From: Squalus acanthias
Lineage: Eukaryota
Reading direction: 5' to 3'
NCBI GenBank assembly: GCA_030390025.1
Contig: CM059431.1
Span: 144,710,001-144,774,000, forward strand
Length of the DNA: 64,000 bases
Below are positions 1 to 12,539 of this stretch, in pieces (positions within the stretch are counted from its first letter, which is position 1; each line of letters begins with the position of its first letter). A program made the translations under genes and the position numbers. The notes beneath the pieces are model-generated. The model was not told where the DNA came from and did not search any database. It was given only the letters and a program-made list of their open reading frames with translations.

Positions 1-545
1 TCCACCCTAATTCCACTTTCCAGCACTTGGTCTGTAGCCGTGTAGGTTACAGCACTTCAAGTGTATATCTAAGTATTTTTTTAAAATGTGATGAGGGTCT
101 CTGCCTCTACCATCCTTTCAGGCAGTGAGTTCCAGACCTCCACCACCCTCTGGGTGAAAATATTTCTCCTCAAATCCCCTCTAATCATTCGACCAACTGC
201 TTTAAATCTATGTCCCCTGGTTATTGACCCTTCTGCTAAGGGAAATAGGTCTTTCCTACCCACTCTATCTAGGCCTCTCATCATTTTATACACCTCAATT
301 AGGTCTCTCCTCAGCCTCCTCTGCTGCAAGGAAAATTACACCAGCCTATCCAATCTTCCACATAGCTAATATTCCCCAGCCGAGGCAAAATCCTCGTAAA
401 TCTCCTCTGCACCCTCTCTAGTGCAATCACATCCTTCCTGTAATGTGGTGACCAGAACTGCACGCAGTTTTCTAGCCACGGCCTAACTAGTGTTTTATAC
501 AGTTCAAGCATAACCTTCCTGCTCTTATATTCCCTGCTTCGGCTA
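1..545 (-). mobile_element. CR1-clade LINE, 3' end of ORF2 and tail (degenerate)
   Basis: Minus-strand ORFs read LYKTLVRPWLENCVQFWSPHYRKD and RRLRRDLIEVYKMMRGLD...FTQRVVEVWNSLP, the typical CR1 ORF2 C-terminus. Confidence 0.92.
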
Positions 546-594
546 ATAAAGACCTTTCTCCGGGGTCAATCCACTAGAGGGTGCAGAGTAGATG

Positions 595-742
595 TAATTT
601 TTTTCACCCAGAGGGTGGTGGGGGTCTGGAACTCACTGCCTGAAAGTGTGGTAGAGGCAGAGACACTCAGCACATTTAAAAAGTACTTGGGTGTACACTT
701 GAAGAGCCGTAACCTAGAGGGCTACGGACCAAGAGTCTGTAG
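595..742 (+). mobile_element. Short CR1 3' fragment
   Basis: ttttcacccagagggtggtgggggtctggaactcactgcctgaaag is the reverse complement of the CR1 segment at about 90-160. Confidence 0.75.
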
Positions 743-2100
743 GACGAGTTCATGGAATGCATTCGAGACAGTTTCCTAGAACAATATGTCATGGAACCAA
801 CCAGGGAACAGGCAATTTTAGATCTTGTACTGTGTAATGAGACAGGGTTAATTAGCAATCTCATAGTAAAGGATCCTCTGGGGCAGAGTGATCATAATAT
901 GATCGAATTTCACGTTAATTTTGAGAGTGACTTGCCTAAGTCCGAAACTAGAGTCTTAAACTTAAATAAAGCCAATTACATAGGTATGAGGGGCGAGTTG
1001 GCCAAGGTAGATTGGAAAAATAGATTAAAAGGTATGGCGGTAGATAAGCAGTGGCTAGCATAAAAAAAAAATCATAATTCTCAGCAAAAATACATTCCAT
1101 TGAGAAACAAAAACTCCACGGGAAAAGTGATCTAACGTTGGCTAACTAAAGAAGTTATGGATAGTATTAGATTGAAATAAGATTATAATGCTACAAAGAA
1201 TAATAGTAAGCCTGAGGATTGGGAGAGTTTCAGAAACCAGCAAAGGTTGACCAAAAAATTGATAAAAAAGGAAAAAATGGAATGAGAGAAAACTAGCAAG
1301 AAATATTAAAGCAGACAGTAAGAGCTTCTACATGTATGTAAAAAGGAAGAGAGTAGCAAAAGTTAACATTGGTCCCTTCCAGGCTGAGATAGGAGAAATT
1401 ATTATGGGGAATAAGGAAATGGCAGAAACATTAAACAAATATTTTGTATCTGTCTTCACAGTAGAAGACACAAAAAGCACACCAAAAATGGTGGGGAACT
1501 AAGGGTCTAATGCGGGTGAAGAACTTAACGTAATTAATATAAGGAGAGAAAAAGTACTAGAGAAACTAATGGGACTAAAAGCCGACAAATCCCCTGGACC
1601 TGGTGGCCTACATCCTAGGGTTCTAAAAGAGGTGGCTGAAGAGATAGTGGATGCAATGGTTTTGATCTTCCAAAATTCCCTAGATTCTGGAATGGTCCCA
1701 GCGGATTGGAAGGTCGCAAATATAACACCTCTATTCAAGAAAGGAGCGAGAGAAAAACCAGGGAACTACAGGCCAGTTAGCCTGACATCAGTCATCGGGA
1801 AAATACTGGAATCCATTGTTAAGGAAATGGTATCAAGTCATTTAGAACAATCAAACATGATTAGGCACAGTCAACATGGTTTTATGAAAGGGAAATCATG
1901 TTTGACAAATTTATTAAGAGTCTTTTGAGAATGTCACTAGCAGGGTAGATAAAGGGGAACTAGTGGATGTAGTATATTTGGATTTCCAAAAGGCAATCGA
2001 TAAGGTGCCACATAAAAGGTTATTACACAAGATTAGGGCTCATGGGGTTGGGGGTAACATACTAGCATGGATAGAGTATTGGTTAACGGACAGAAAACAG
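743..2100 (+). mobile_element. CR1 LINE ORF2 fragment (end of APE endonuclease to start of RT), disrupted
   Basis: ORFs contain ILDLVL and SDHNMIEF (APE end), KSPGPGGLHPRVLKE, NYRPVSLTS and QHGFMKGKSCLTNL; stops and frameshifts between them. Confidence 0.93.
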
Positions 2101-2154
2101 TGAGTCCTGCAAGTATTAACAGTGAGCCTTATCTCACAGCACTGGTGAATCCCT

Positions 2155-5100
2155 CACTCTGTCAGACTGAACCCCCCCCCCCCCTCTCAGACTGAACCGT
2201 CCCCCCCTCTCTCAGACTGAACCGCCCCCTCTCTCAGACTGAACCATCTTCCCTCTCTCAGACTGAACCGCCCCCTCTATCAGACTGAACCGTCCTCCCT
2301 CTCACAGACTGAACCGTCGCCCCTCTCTCAGACTGAACGGCCCCATCTCTCAGACTGAACCGGCCCCTGTCTCAGACTGAACCGGCCCATGTCTCAGACT
2401 GAACCGCCCCCTCTCTCAGACTGAACCCCCCCTCTCTCATACTGAACCGTCCCCTCTCTCAGACTGAACCGTCCCCTCTCTCAGACTGAACCGTCCCCTC
2501 TCTCAGACTGAACCGTCCCCTCTCTCAGACTGAACCGTCCCCTCTCTCAGACTGAACCGCCCACTCTCTCAGGCTGAACCGTCCCCTCTCTCAGACTGAA
2601 CCGCCTCCTCTCTCAGACTGAACCGTTCACTCTCTCAGACTGAACCCCCCTCTCTCAGACTGAACCGCCGCCTCTCTCAGACTGAACCGCCCCTCTCTCA
2701 GACTGAACCGCCCCCTCTCTCAGACTGAACCGTCCCCTCTCTCACACGGAACCGCCCCCTCTCTCAGACTGAACACCACTCTCTCACACGGAACCGCCCC
2801 CTCTCTCAGACTGAACACGCGTCTCTCAGACTGAACCCCCCTCTCTCAGACTGAACCGCCCCTCTCTCAGACTGAACCGTCCCCTCTCTCAGACTGAACC
2901 GTCCCCTCTCTCAGACTGAACACCCCTCTCTCAGACTGAACCGTCCCCTCTCTCAGACTGAACCCCCTCTCTCTCAGACTGAACTGTCCCCTTTCTCAGA
3001 CTGAACCGTCCCCTCTCTCAGACTGAACCATCTTCCCTCTCTCAGACTGAACCATCTTCCCTCTCTCAGACTGGACCATCTTCCCTCTCTCAGACTGAAC
3101 CATCTTCCCTCTCTCAGACTGAACCGTCGCCTCTCTCAGACTGAACCGTCCTCCCTCTCTCAGACTGAACCGTCCCCTCTCTCAGACTGAACCGTCCCCT
3201 CTCTCAGACTGAACCGTCCCCTCTCTCAGACTGAACCGTCCCCTCTCTCAGACTGATCTGTCCCTCACTCAGACTGAACCGTCCCCTCTCTCAGACTGAA
3301 CCGCCCTCTCTCAGACTGAACCCTCCTCTCTCAGGCTGAACCACCCCCTCTCTCAGACTGAACCATCTTCCGTCTCTCAGACTGAACCGACCCCTGTCTC
3401 AGACTGATCTGTCCCTCACTCAGACTGAACCGCCCCCTCTCTCAGACTGAACCGCCCACTCCCTCAGACTGAGCCGTCCCCTCTCTCAGACTGAACCGCC
3501 CCCTCTCTCAGACTGAAACGTTCACTCTCTTAGACTGAACCCCCCTCTCTCAGACTGAACCCTCCCCTCTCTCAGACTGAACCGCCCCCTCTCTCAGACT
3601 GAACACCTCTCTCTCAGACTGAACCGTCCCCTTTCTCAGACTGAACCACCCTCTCTCTCAGACTGAACCGTCCCCTCTCTCACACGGAACTGCCCCCTCT
3701 CTCAGACTGAACTGCCCCTCTCCCTGACTGAACAACCCTCTCTCAGACTGTACCCCCCTCTCTCAGACTGTACCCCCCTCTCTCAGACTGAACCGCCCTT
3801 CTCTCAGACAGAACCGTCCCCTCTCTCAGACTGAACCGTCCCCTCTCTCAGACTGAACCCCCTCTCTCTCAGACTGAACTGTCCCCTTTCTCAGACTGAA
3901 CCGTCCCCTCTCTCAGACTGAACCATCTTCCCTCTCTCAGACTGGACCATCTTCCCTCTCTCAGACTGAACCATCTTCCCTCTCTCAGACTGAACCGTCC
4001 CCTCTCTCAGACTGAACCGTCCCCTCTCTCAGACTGAACCGTCCCCTCTCTCAGACTGAACCGTCCCCTCTCTCAGACTGAACCGTCCCCTCTCTCAGAC
4101 TGAACCGTCCCCTCTCTCAGACTGAACCGTCCCCTTTCAGACTGAACCCCCCCTCTCTCAGACTGAACCGCCCTCTCTCAGACTGAACCGCGCCCTCTCT
4201 CTGACTGAACCGCCCCCTCTCTCAGACTGATCTGTCCCTCACTCAGACTGAACCGTCCCCTCTCTCAGACTGAACCGTCCTCTCTCAGACTGAACCCTCC
4301 TCTCTCAGGCTGAACCACCCACTCTCTCAGACTGAACCATCTTCCGTCTCTCAGACTGAACCGCCCCCTGTCTCAGACTGATCTGTCCCTCACTCAGACT
4401 GAACCGCCCCCTCTCTCAGACTGAACCGCCCACTCCCTCAGACTGAGCCGTCCCCTCTCTCAGACTGAACCGTCCCCTCTCTCAGACTGAACCGCCCCTC
4501 TCTCAGACTGAACCGACCCCTCTCTCAGACTGAACCGTCCCCTCTCTCAGACTGAACCCCCCCTCTCTCAGACTGAACCGTCCCCTCTCTCAGACTGAAC
4601 CTGCCCCCTCTCTCAGACTGAACTGCCCCTCTCCAGACTGAACAGCCCCTCTCTCAGACTGAACCCCCCCTCTCTCAGACTGAACGCCCCTCTCTCAGAC
4701 TGAACCGCCCCTCTCTCAGACTGAACCGCCCCCTCTCTCAGACTGAACCGTCCCCTCTCTCAGACTGAACCACCCCTCTCTCAGACTGAACCTCCCCTCT
4801 CTCAGACTGAACCGTCCCCTCTCTCAGACTGAACCGTCCCTCTCTCAGACTGAACCGTCTCCCCTCTCTCAGACTGACCATCTTCCCTCTCTCAGACTGA
4901 ACCGTCCCCTCTCTCAGACTGAACCGTCCGCCTCTCTCAGACTGAACCTTCCTCCCTCTGTCAGACTGAACCGTTCCCTCTCTCAGACTGAACCGTCCCC
5001 TCTCTCAGACTGAACCGTCCCCCCTCTCTCAGACTGAACCACCCCCTCGCTCAGACTGAACCGCCCCCTCTCTCAGACTGAACCCCCCCTCTCTCAGACT

Positions 5101-8100
5101 GAACCCCCCCTCTCTCAGACTGATCCTTCCCCTCTCTCAGACTGAACCTTCCCCTCTCTCAGACTGAACCGCCCCCTCTCTCAGACTGAACCGCCCCCTC
5201 TCTGACTGAACCGCCCCCTCTCTCAGACTGATCCGTCCCCTCTCTCAGACTGAACCGCCCACTCCCTCATACTGAACCGTCCCCCTCTCAGACTGCAGCC
5301 CCCCTCTCTCAGACTGAACCCACCTCTCTCAGCCTGAACCCCCCCTCTCTGACTGAACCGCCCCCTTTCTCAGACTGAACCGCCCCCTTTCTCAGACTGA
5401 ACTGCCCCTCTCTCAAACTGAACCGTCCCCTCTCTGACTGAACCGTCCCCTCTCTCAGACTGAACCGTCCCCTCTCTCAGACTGAACCACCGCCTCTGTC
5501 AGACTGAATTGTCCCCTCTCTCAGACTGAACACCCCTCTCTCAGACTGAATCACCCCTCTCTCAGACTGAACCGTCCCCTTTCTCAGACTGAACCGCCCC
5601 CTCTCTCAGACTGAACCGCCCCCTCTCTCAGACTGAACCGTCCCCTCTCTCACACGGAACCGCCCCCTCTCTCAGACTAAACCGCCCCTCTCTCAGACTG
5701 AACCGTCCCCTCTCTCAGACTGAACCGTCCCCTTTCTCAGACTGAACCGCCACCTCTCTCAGAGTGAACTGCCCCTCTCCCAGACTGAACACCCCTCTCT
5801 CAGACTGAACCCCCCTCTCTCAGACTGAACCGCCCCTCTCTGACTGAACCGTCCCCTCTCTCAGACTGAACCGTCCCCTCTCTCAGACTGAACCATCCCC
5901 TCTCTCACACTGAACCGTCCCCTCTCTCAGGCTGAACCCCCCCTCTCTCAGACTGAACCGTCCCCTCTCTCAGACTGAACCGTCACTCTCTCAGACTGAA
6001 CCCCCCTCTCTCAGACTGAACCGCCGCCTCTCTCAGACTGAAATGTCCCCTCTCTCACACGGAACCGCCCCCTGTCTCAGACTGAACCGCCCACTCCCTC
6101 AGACTGAACCACCCCTCTCTCAGACTGAACACCCCTCTCTCAGAGTGAACCGTCCCCTCTCTCAGACTGAACCGACCCATCTCTCAGACTGAACCGCCCC
6201 CTCTCTCAGACTGAAACCGTCCCCTCTCTCACACGGAACTGCCCCTCTGTCAGACTGAACTGCCCCTCTCCCTGACTGAACACCCTCTCTCAGACTGAAC
6301 CACCCCTCTCTCAGACTGAACCGCCCCTTCTCAGACTGACCGCCCCTCTCTCAGACTGAACCGCCCCCTCTCTCAGACTGAACCTGCCCTCTCTCAGACT
6401 GAACCCCCCCTCTCTCAGACTGAACCCCCCTCTCTCAGACTGAACCGCCCCTCTCTCAGACTGAACACCCCTCTCTCAGACTGAACCGTCCCCTCTCTCA
6501 GACTGAACCGTCCCCTCTCTCAGACTGAACCGCCCCCACTCTCAGACTGAACCGCCCCCTCTCTCAGACTGAACTGTCCCCTCTCTCACACGGAACCGCC
6601 CCCTCTCTCAGACTGAACTGCCCCTCTCCCAGCCTGAACACCCCTCTCCCAGACTGAACCCCCCTCTCTCAGACTGAACCCCCCTCTCTCAGACTGAACC
6701 GCCCCTCTCTCAGACTGAACCGTCCCCTCTCTCAGACTGAACCGTCCCCTCTCTCAGACTGAACCGTCCCCTCTCTCAGACTGAACCGTCCCCTCTCTCA
6801 GACTGAACCGTCCCCTCTCTCGGACTGAACCGTCCCCTCTCTCGGGCTGAACCGTCCCCTATCTCAGGCTGAACCCCCCCTCTCTCAGACTGAACCGCCC
6901 CCTCTCTCAGACTGAACCGCCCCCTCTCTCAGACTGAACCGCCCCCTCTCTGACTGAACCGCCCCCTCTCTCAGACTGAACCGCCCCCTCTCTCAGACTG
7001 AACCGCCCCCTCTCTCACACGGAACTGCCCCCTCTCTCAGACTGAACTGCCCCTCTCCCTGACTGAACAACCCTCTCTCAGACTGTTCCCCCCCTCTCTC
7101 AGACTGAACCGTCCCCTCTCTCAGACTGAACCGCCCCCTCTCTCAGACTGAACACCTCTCTCTCAGAGTGAACCGTCCCCTCTCTCAGACTGAACCGTCC
7201 CCTTTCTCAGACTGAACCACCCTCTCTCTCAGACTGAACCGTCCCCTCTCTCAGACGGAACTGCCCCCTCTCTCAGACTGAACTGCCCCTCTCCCTGACT
7301 GAACAACCCTCTCTCAGACTGTACCCCCCTCTCTCAGACTGAACCGCCCCTCTCTTAGACTGATCTGTCCCTCACTCAGACTGAACCGCCCCCTCTGTCA
7401 GACTGAACCGCCGACTCCCTCAGACTGAGCCGTCCCCTCTCTCAGACTGAACCGCCCCCTCTCTCAGACTGAACCGTTCACTCTCTCAGACTGAACCGCC
7501 CATTCCCTCAGACTGAACCATCCCCTCTCTCAGACTGAATCGCCCCCTCTCTCAGACTGAACCGCCCCCCTCTCAGACTGCAGCCCCCCTCTCTCAGACT
7601 GAACCCCCCTCTCTCAGCCTGAACCCCCCCTCTCTGACTGAACCGCCCCCTTTCTCAGACTGAACTGCTCCTCTCTGACTGAACCGTCCCCTCTCTCAGA
7701 CTGAACCGCCCCCTCTCTCAGACTGAACCGTTCACTCTCTCAGACTGAACCCCCCTCTCTCAGACTGAACGACCCCATCTCAGACTGAACCGTTCCGTTT
7801 CTCAGGCTGAACCGCCCCCTCTCTCAGACTGAACCGCCCCCTCTCTCAGACTGAACCGTCCCCTCTCTCACACGGAACCGCCCCCTCTCTGACTGAACTG
7901 CCCCTCTCTCAGACTGAACACCCCTCTCTCAGACTGAACCGTCCCCTCTCTCAGACTGAACCATCCCCTTTCTCAGACTGAACCGCCCCCTCTCTCAGAC
8001 TGAACTTCCCCTCTCCCAGACTGAACACCCCTCTCTCAGACTGAACCCCCCTCTCTCAGACTGAAGCGCCCCTCTCTGACTGAACCGTCCCCTCTCTCAG

Positions 8101-9430
8101 ACTGAACCGTCCCCTCTCTCAGACTGAACCGTCCCCTCTCTCAGGCTGAACCCCCCCCTCTCTCAGACAGAACCGTCCCCTCTCTCAGACTGAACCGTTC
8201 ACTCTCTCAGACTGAACCCCCCTCTCTCAGACTGAACCGCCGCCTCTCTCAGACTGAATTGTCCCCTCTCTCACACGGAACCGCCCCCTGTCTCAGACTG
8301 AACCGTCCCCTCTCTCAGACTGAACCGTCCCCTTTCTCAGACTGAACCGCCCCCTCTCTCAGACTGAACTGCCCCTCTCCCAGACTGAACACCCCTCTCT
8401 CAGACTGAACCCCCCTCTCTCAGACTGAAGCGCCCCTCTCTGACTGAACCGTCCCCACTCTCAGACTGAACCGTCCCCTCTCTCAGACTGAACCGTCCCC
8501 TCTCTCAGACTGAACCGTCCCCTCTCTCAGGCTGAACCCCCCCCTCTCTCAGACAGAACCGTCCCCTCTCTCAGACTGAACCGTCCCCTTTCTCAGACTG
8601 AACCGCCCCCTCTCTCACACGGAACCGCCCCCTCTCTCACACGGAACCGCCCCCTCTCTCAGACTGAACCCCCCTCTCTCAGACTGAACCGACCGGGCTC
8701 AGACTGAACCGTTCACTTTCTCAGACTGAACCCCCCTCTCTCAGACTGAACCACCCCTCTCTCAGACTGAACCGTCCCCTTTCTCAGACTGAACCGCCCC
8801 CTCTCTCAGACTGAACCGCCCTCTCTCTCAGACTGAACCGTCCCCTCTCTCACACGGAACTGCCCCCTCTCTCAGACTGAACTGCCCCTCTCCCTGACTG
8901 AACAACCCTCTCTCAGACTGTACCCCCCTCTCTCAGATTGAACCAACCCTCTCTCAGACTGAACCGTCCCCTCTCTCAGACTGAACCGTCCCCTCTCTCA
9001 GACTGAACCGTCCCCTCTCTCAGACTGAACCGTCCCCTCTCTCAGACTGAACCGTCCCCTCTCTCAGACTGAACCGTCCCCTCTCTCAGACTGAACCGAC
9101 CCTTCTCTTAGACTGAACCGCGCCCTCTCCCAGACTGAACCACCCCACCTCTCAGACTGAACCCCCCCTCTCTCAGACTGAACCGCCCCCTCTCTCAGAC
9201 TGAACCGTCCCCACTCTCAGACTGAACCGTCCCCTCTCTCGGACTGAACCGTCCCCTCTCTCAGACTGAACACCCTCTCTCACAGACTGAACCGTCCCCT
9301 CCCTCAGACTGAACCGTCCCCTCCCTCAGACTGAACCGTCCCCTCTCTCACAGACTGAACCGCACCCTTTCTCGGACTGAACCGCCCCCTCTCACACTGA
9401 ACTGCCCCATGTCTCTCACTGATCCGCCCC
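2155..9430. repeat. 22-bp minisatellite, consensus CAGACTGAACCGTCCCCTCTCT, about 330 copies
   Basis: Direct tandem periodicity of 22 (e.g. agact at 2461 and 2483); variable middle, conserved CTCTCTCAGACTGAAC core. Confidence 0.98.
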
Positions 9431-9670
9431 CATGAGAGCTGAAGGCCAATGGAGGGATGAAGGAAATTGGGAATGTACAAGAGGTCAGAATTGGAGGAGC
9501 GTAGAGATCTCGGAGGGTTGAAGGGCTGGAGGAGGTTCCAGAGATATGGAGGAGCGAGGCCATGGATGAGAACTTTAAAATCGAGGCGTTGCTGGACCGG
9601 GAGCCAATGTAGGTCAGTGAGCACCAGGGTGATGGGTGAACAGGGAGTGGCACTGAATACCATCCAGTCA
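9431..9670 (-). mobile_element. L2-clade LINE 3' fragment
   Basis: Translation SPITLVLTDLHWLPVQQRLDFKVL...LAPPYL...RSLRSS matches the L2 ORF2 C-terminus. Confidence 0.85.
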
Positions 9671-10030
9671 CATGAGAGAAGTGACCATGGAGACATCATT
9701 TCCTCCCCATTCAAGGACACCTTCATTCAGCAGTTAAATGGTTAATGTGTTGGCCCTTCGAGGCGGCTCGCCCTCCCCGCACTGAAACACCAGACACTGG
9801 CTCTGAGGTGTTGGTCTGAAAGATCAAACATCAGGGAATCCGTGGAACGGTTCCTAAAGTCCCAGATAGAGGCGTAACAATTCATTCCTCGAGCTGGGTC
9901 TCTTTTATTGGGTTAATACTTAAATTATGACAATTAATACATAAAGAATTGTTTTTAACTAACTTTGTTCATAATTAAACGAGTTGCCTAACCGGTTCGA
10001 TTAGTATTTTGAAACAGCAGCTTCTAGTCA

Positions 10031-10200
10031 GGGGGCGGAGATTGGCTCAAATCTCAAATAACAAGGATCAGCTCCAATTACCAAACTGTGATTGGCAGGA
10101 AGAGAACAAGGAACAGCCTCCTGATTGGTGGCAAAGAGTTTACAAAGACAGAACTAGCAGGCTGCACACGGAAAGGGAGAATCTGCGGTTCCAGGTAAGG
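10031..10200 (+). promoter_or_regulatory. Candidate TATA-less promoter (GC box and CCAAT cluster) with a non-coding first exon donor
   Basis: GGGGCGG at 10032; ATTGG at 10041, 10091 and 10124; CCAAT at 10074; splice donor CAG|GTAAGG at 10195; lies in non-repeat sequence. Confidence 0.5.
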
Positions 10201-10229
10201 TTCATGTAGTTTGCAGCCTGTGTCTAACT

Positions 10230-10775
10230 TTAATCTCCCTGTATACTGACGACATCCTGCTCTACCTTATCACCACCCTCTCCCTCGACCCAGTGCCTCC
10301 GTGTTATCAGACTGCTTGACGAACATTTAATCGTGGATGAGACGCAATTTCCTCCAATTAAACATTGGAAAACCGAACCATTGTCTGCACCCCGTCCCCC
10401 CACCCCCCACCCCCCACCTGCAACACACTCCATAACCTCGTCATGGATTCCAGCCCCTCCCTGGCCTCTGTCTCGGGCTGAACCAGACTGATCGCATCCT
10501 CGGCTTCCTACTTGACTGAGCTGAGCTTTCCACCCCACATCCTCTCCATCACCAAGATAGCCTAGTTCCACCTCCGTAATATCGCCCGTCTCTGCCTCTG
10601 CCTTAGCTATTCTGCTGCTGAAACCATCACCTGTCTTCTGTTACCTCCGGTCTCGACGGTTCCAATATTCTCCTGGCCGGCCTCCCATCTTCCACTTTCC
10701 GTAAACAGAAGCTCATCCAAGACTCTGCCGGCTGTATCATAACCCGCACCAAGATTGGTACATCTGCCCCACTGA
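10230..10775 (+). mobile_element. Degenerate L2 LINE fragment
   Basis: tatactgacgacatcctgctctac (YTDDILLY, YADD-like); collinear with the L2 copy at 30225-31330. Confidence 0.75.
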
Positions 10776-10794
10776 GATAAACACTCCATTAGCT

Positions 10795-11160
10795 TTTTTA
10801 ATTGTTTTTTGTACCTGTGTATTGGCGTTTAATCATCTGTGCACTTGGACTCACAAATCTCTTTGCTCCTCTGACAGTTCCTACTTTCTCACCATTTAGA
10901 AAATACTCCGATTTATATTTCCTGGGTCCAAAGTGGGTGAGCTGAGACTTGCCCACATTTAACTCCATTTGCCGCAGTGTTTCCACTCAACTACTCTCTC
11001 AATGTCCCTTTACAGCTGTGTGCTCCAGTCCCCACTACTTACTGACCCTGAACGGAGGGTCATCCGTGAGTTTGGATATAAAACTCTCTTCCTTCATCCC
11101 AGACAATATGGTGAGAAGTTGAGTCCCCAGAACTGAGCCCTAGGGGACATCACTTGTCAC
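10795..11160 (-). mobile_element. Old CR1 RT fragment
   Basis: Minus strand reads QMELNVGKSQLTHFG...YFLNGEK; gtccccagaactgagccctaggggacat is the reverse complement of the VPxGSVLG motif. Confidence 0.7.
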
Positions 11161-11339
11161 TTCAATGTTAATACACATTGGGAGTGATGTAAAACGGGCT
11201 GCCGACTCACTGTCACCTGTTTTACACAATCGCATGAAGTCAAGATCTACCCCCTTGTTAAATAAAAGTAAATGAGAAACAAATACATAGCACCGATTTT
11301 ACACCCCGGGCGAATTCGTTACCTCCTATTTTTCAACAG

Positions 11340-11462
11340 GTGACTAAAGATTTCCTATATTCCAACAGTGACTACGCTTGAAAAGTACTTCATTGGTTGT
11401 AAAGCGCTTTGGGACGCCCTGAGGTCCTGAAAGGCGCTATAGAAATGCAATTCTTTCTTTCT
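11340..11462 (+). mobile_element. SINE/L2-type 3' tail fragment
   Basis: tgtaaagcgctttgggacg...aaaggcgctatagaaatgcaa followed by (TTTC)n, the typical L2-derived SINE tail. Confidence 0.7.
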
Positions 11463-11654
11463 AAAATTACCGCCATGTCTAACATTGATTAATAAAACCC
11501 ACTGAGGACATTAACAATGTTTCACGTTGCACCAACACCATGTTCTGACTGTACTGAGTCTATTTTTGCTGTAACCTCTCATCAAAATCAGTGACCCTTC
11601 AGTTTCAATTCATGAAGTGAACTGTCCACGACTATTTACAACTTCTATTCACAG

Positions 11655-11820
11655 CTCCAAATGTCACAACCATTGAGATGCTCCGAACATGGGATGATGA
11701 CCAGCTCTACAAACTGGTGAAATTCTCCCGGGACAGACTGAAGCAGGCGATGAAGAAGGGCTGAACGGTGTCATGATGGAGTTATTCTAAGAGGAAGAAC
11801 TCAGTGGATTACAGCATCAG
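11655..11820 (+). pseudogene. Degenerate paralog of NLR coding exon 2 (death-fold N-terminal half)
   Basis: ttcacag acceptor and GTAAGT donor at 11821; translates PNVTTIEMLRTWDDDQLYKLVKFSRDRLKQA, aligning to PNFTITEFLTECNDYQLFQLTKFYRDRLEQA at 16774; has a 1-nt deletion and a TAA; the downstream intron is also similar. Confidence 0.85.
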
Positions 11821-12123
11821 GTAAGTGGCAGAAACTCAGATTGAGTTTGGTTGGTTTCAGTATCTCTCAAGCAGCAGGAAGCTGCAGCCCAGAAATTGCT
11901 GATAATGATGTTGGAGGATAAACACATCACACTTTACTGTGAGATCCCTCTCGGTGCTATTTTAGCTCAAGGTTTATCCCGTTCAAAGAAGAAAATTCCA
12001 GAGCAAGGTGATCTGAATGTGTGAAATGCTCAAATCCGCTAATATCGCCAATGGTAATTGCTGCCTCGTGGTTTTACCCACCAACTGCCCTGAAATCGTT
12101 TAACTCTGATCAACTAATAAACA

Positions 12124-12422
12124 CACAGAATCACAGAATCCCCACAGTGCAGATAGAGGCCATTTCGACCCATCGAGCCTGCACCGACACATATCCCACC
12201 CTATCCCCGTAACCCCACATATTTAATCCCCCTAACACTAAGGGTCAATTTATCATAGCCAAATCAACCTAACCCGCACATCTTTGGACTGTGGGAGGAA
12301 ACCGGAGCACCCGGAGGAAACCCACGCAGACACGGGGAGAATGTGCAAACTCCACACAGACAGTCACCCGCGGCCGGATTCGAACCCGGGTCCCTGGCGC
12401 CATTATGCCACCGTGTTGCCCC
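12124..12422 (-). mobile_element. HE1-like tRNA-derived V-SINE
   Basis: V-domain ggaaaccggagcacccggaggaaacccacgcagacacggggagaatgtgcaaactccacacagac; B-box GGTTCGAATCC on the minus strand; CR1-like tail with (cacagaat)2. Confidence 0.88.
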
Positions 12423-12539
12423 TTGGGGTTCACGTTCGAGGGGTGATTTCTAAATAGTGATTTGAGTGCGGGGTCAGTGGGGTGTGTGGGGCTGGGTCAG
12501 TGGGATGTGCGGGGCTGGGACTGTGGGGTGTCAAAGAGC

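Noticed and set aside
30..742. Inverted repeat between about 30-160 and 600-735
   Set aside because: Explained by two oppositely oriented CR1 3' fragments; unremarkable.
2155..9430. CRISPR-like look of a conserved core with a variable middle
   Set aside because: The variable parts are only 4-8 nt, recur, and are not unique spacers; no cas genes; eukaryotic context.
12360..12422. tRNA-like boxes here and at 15262-15350
   Set aside because: These are SINE heads with no complete cloverleaf.
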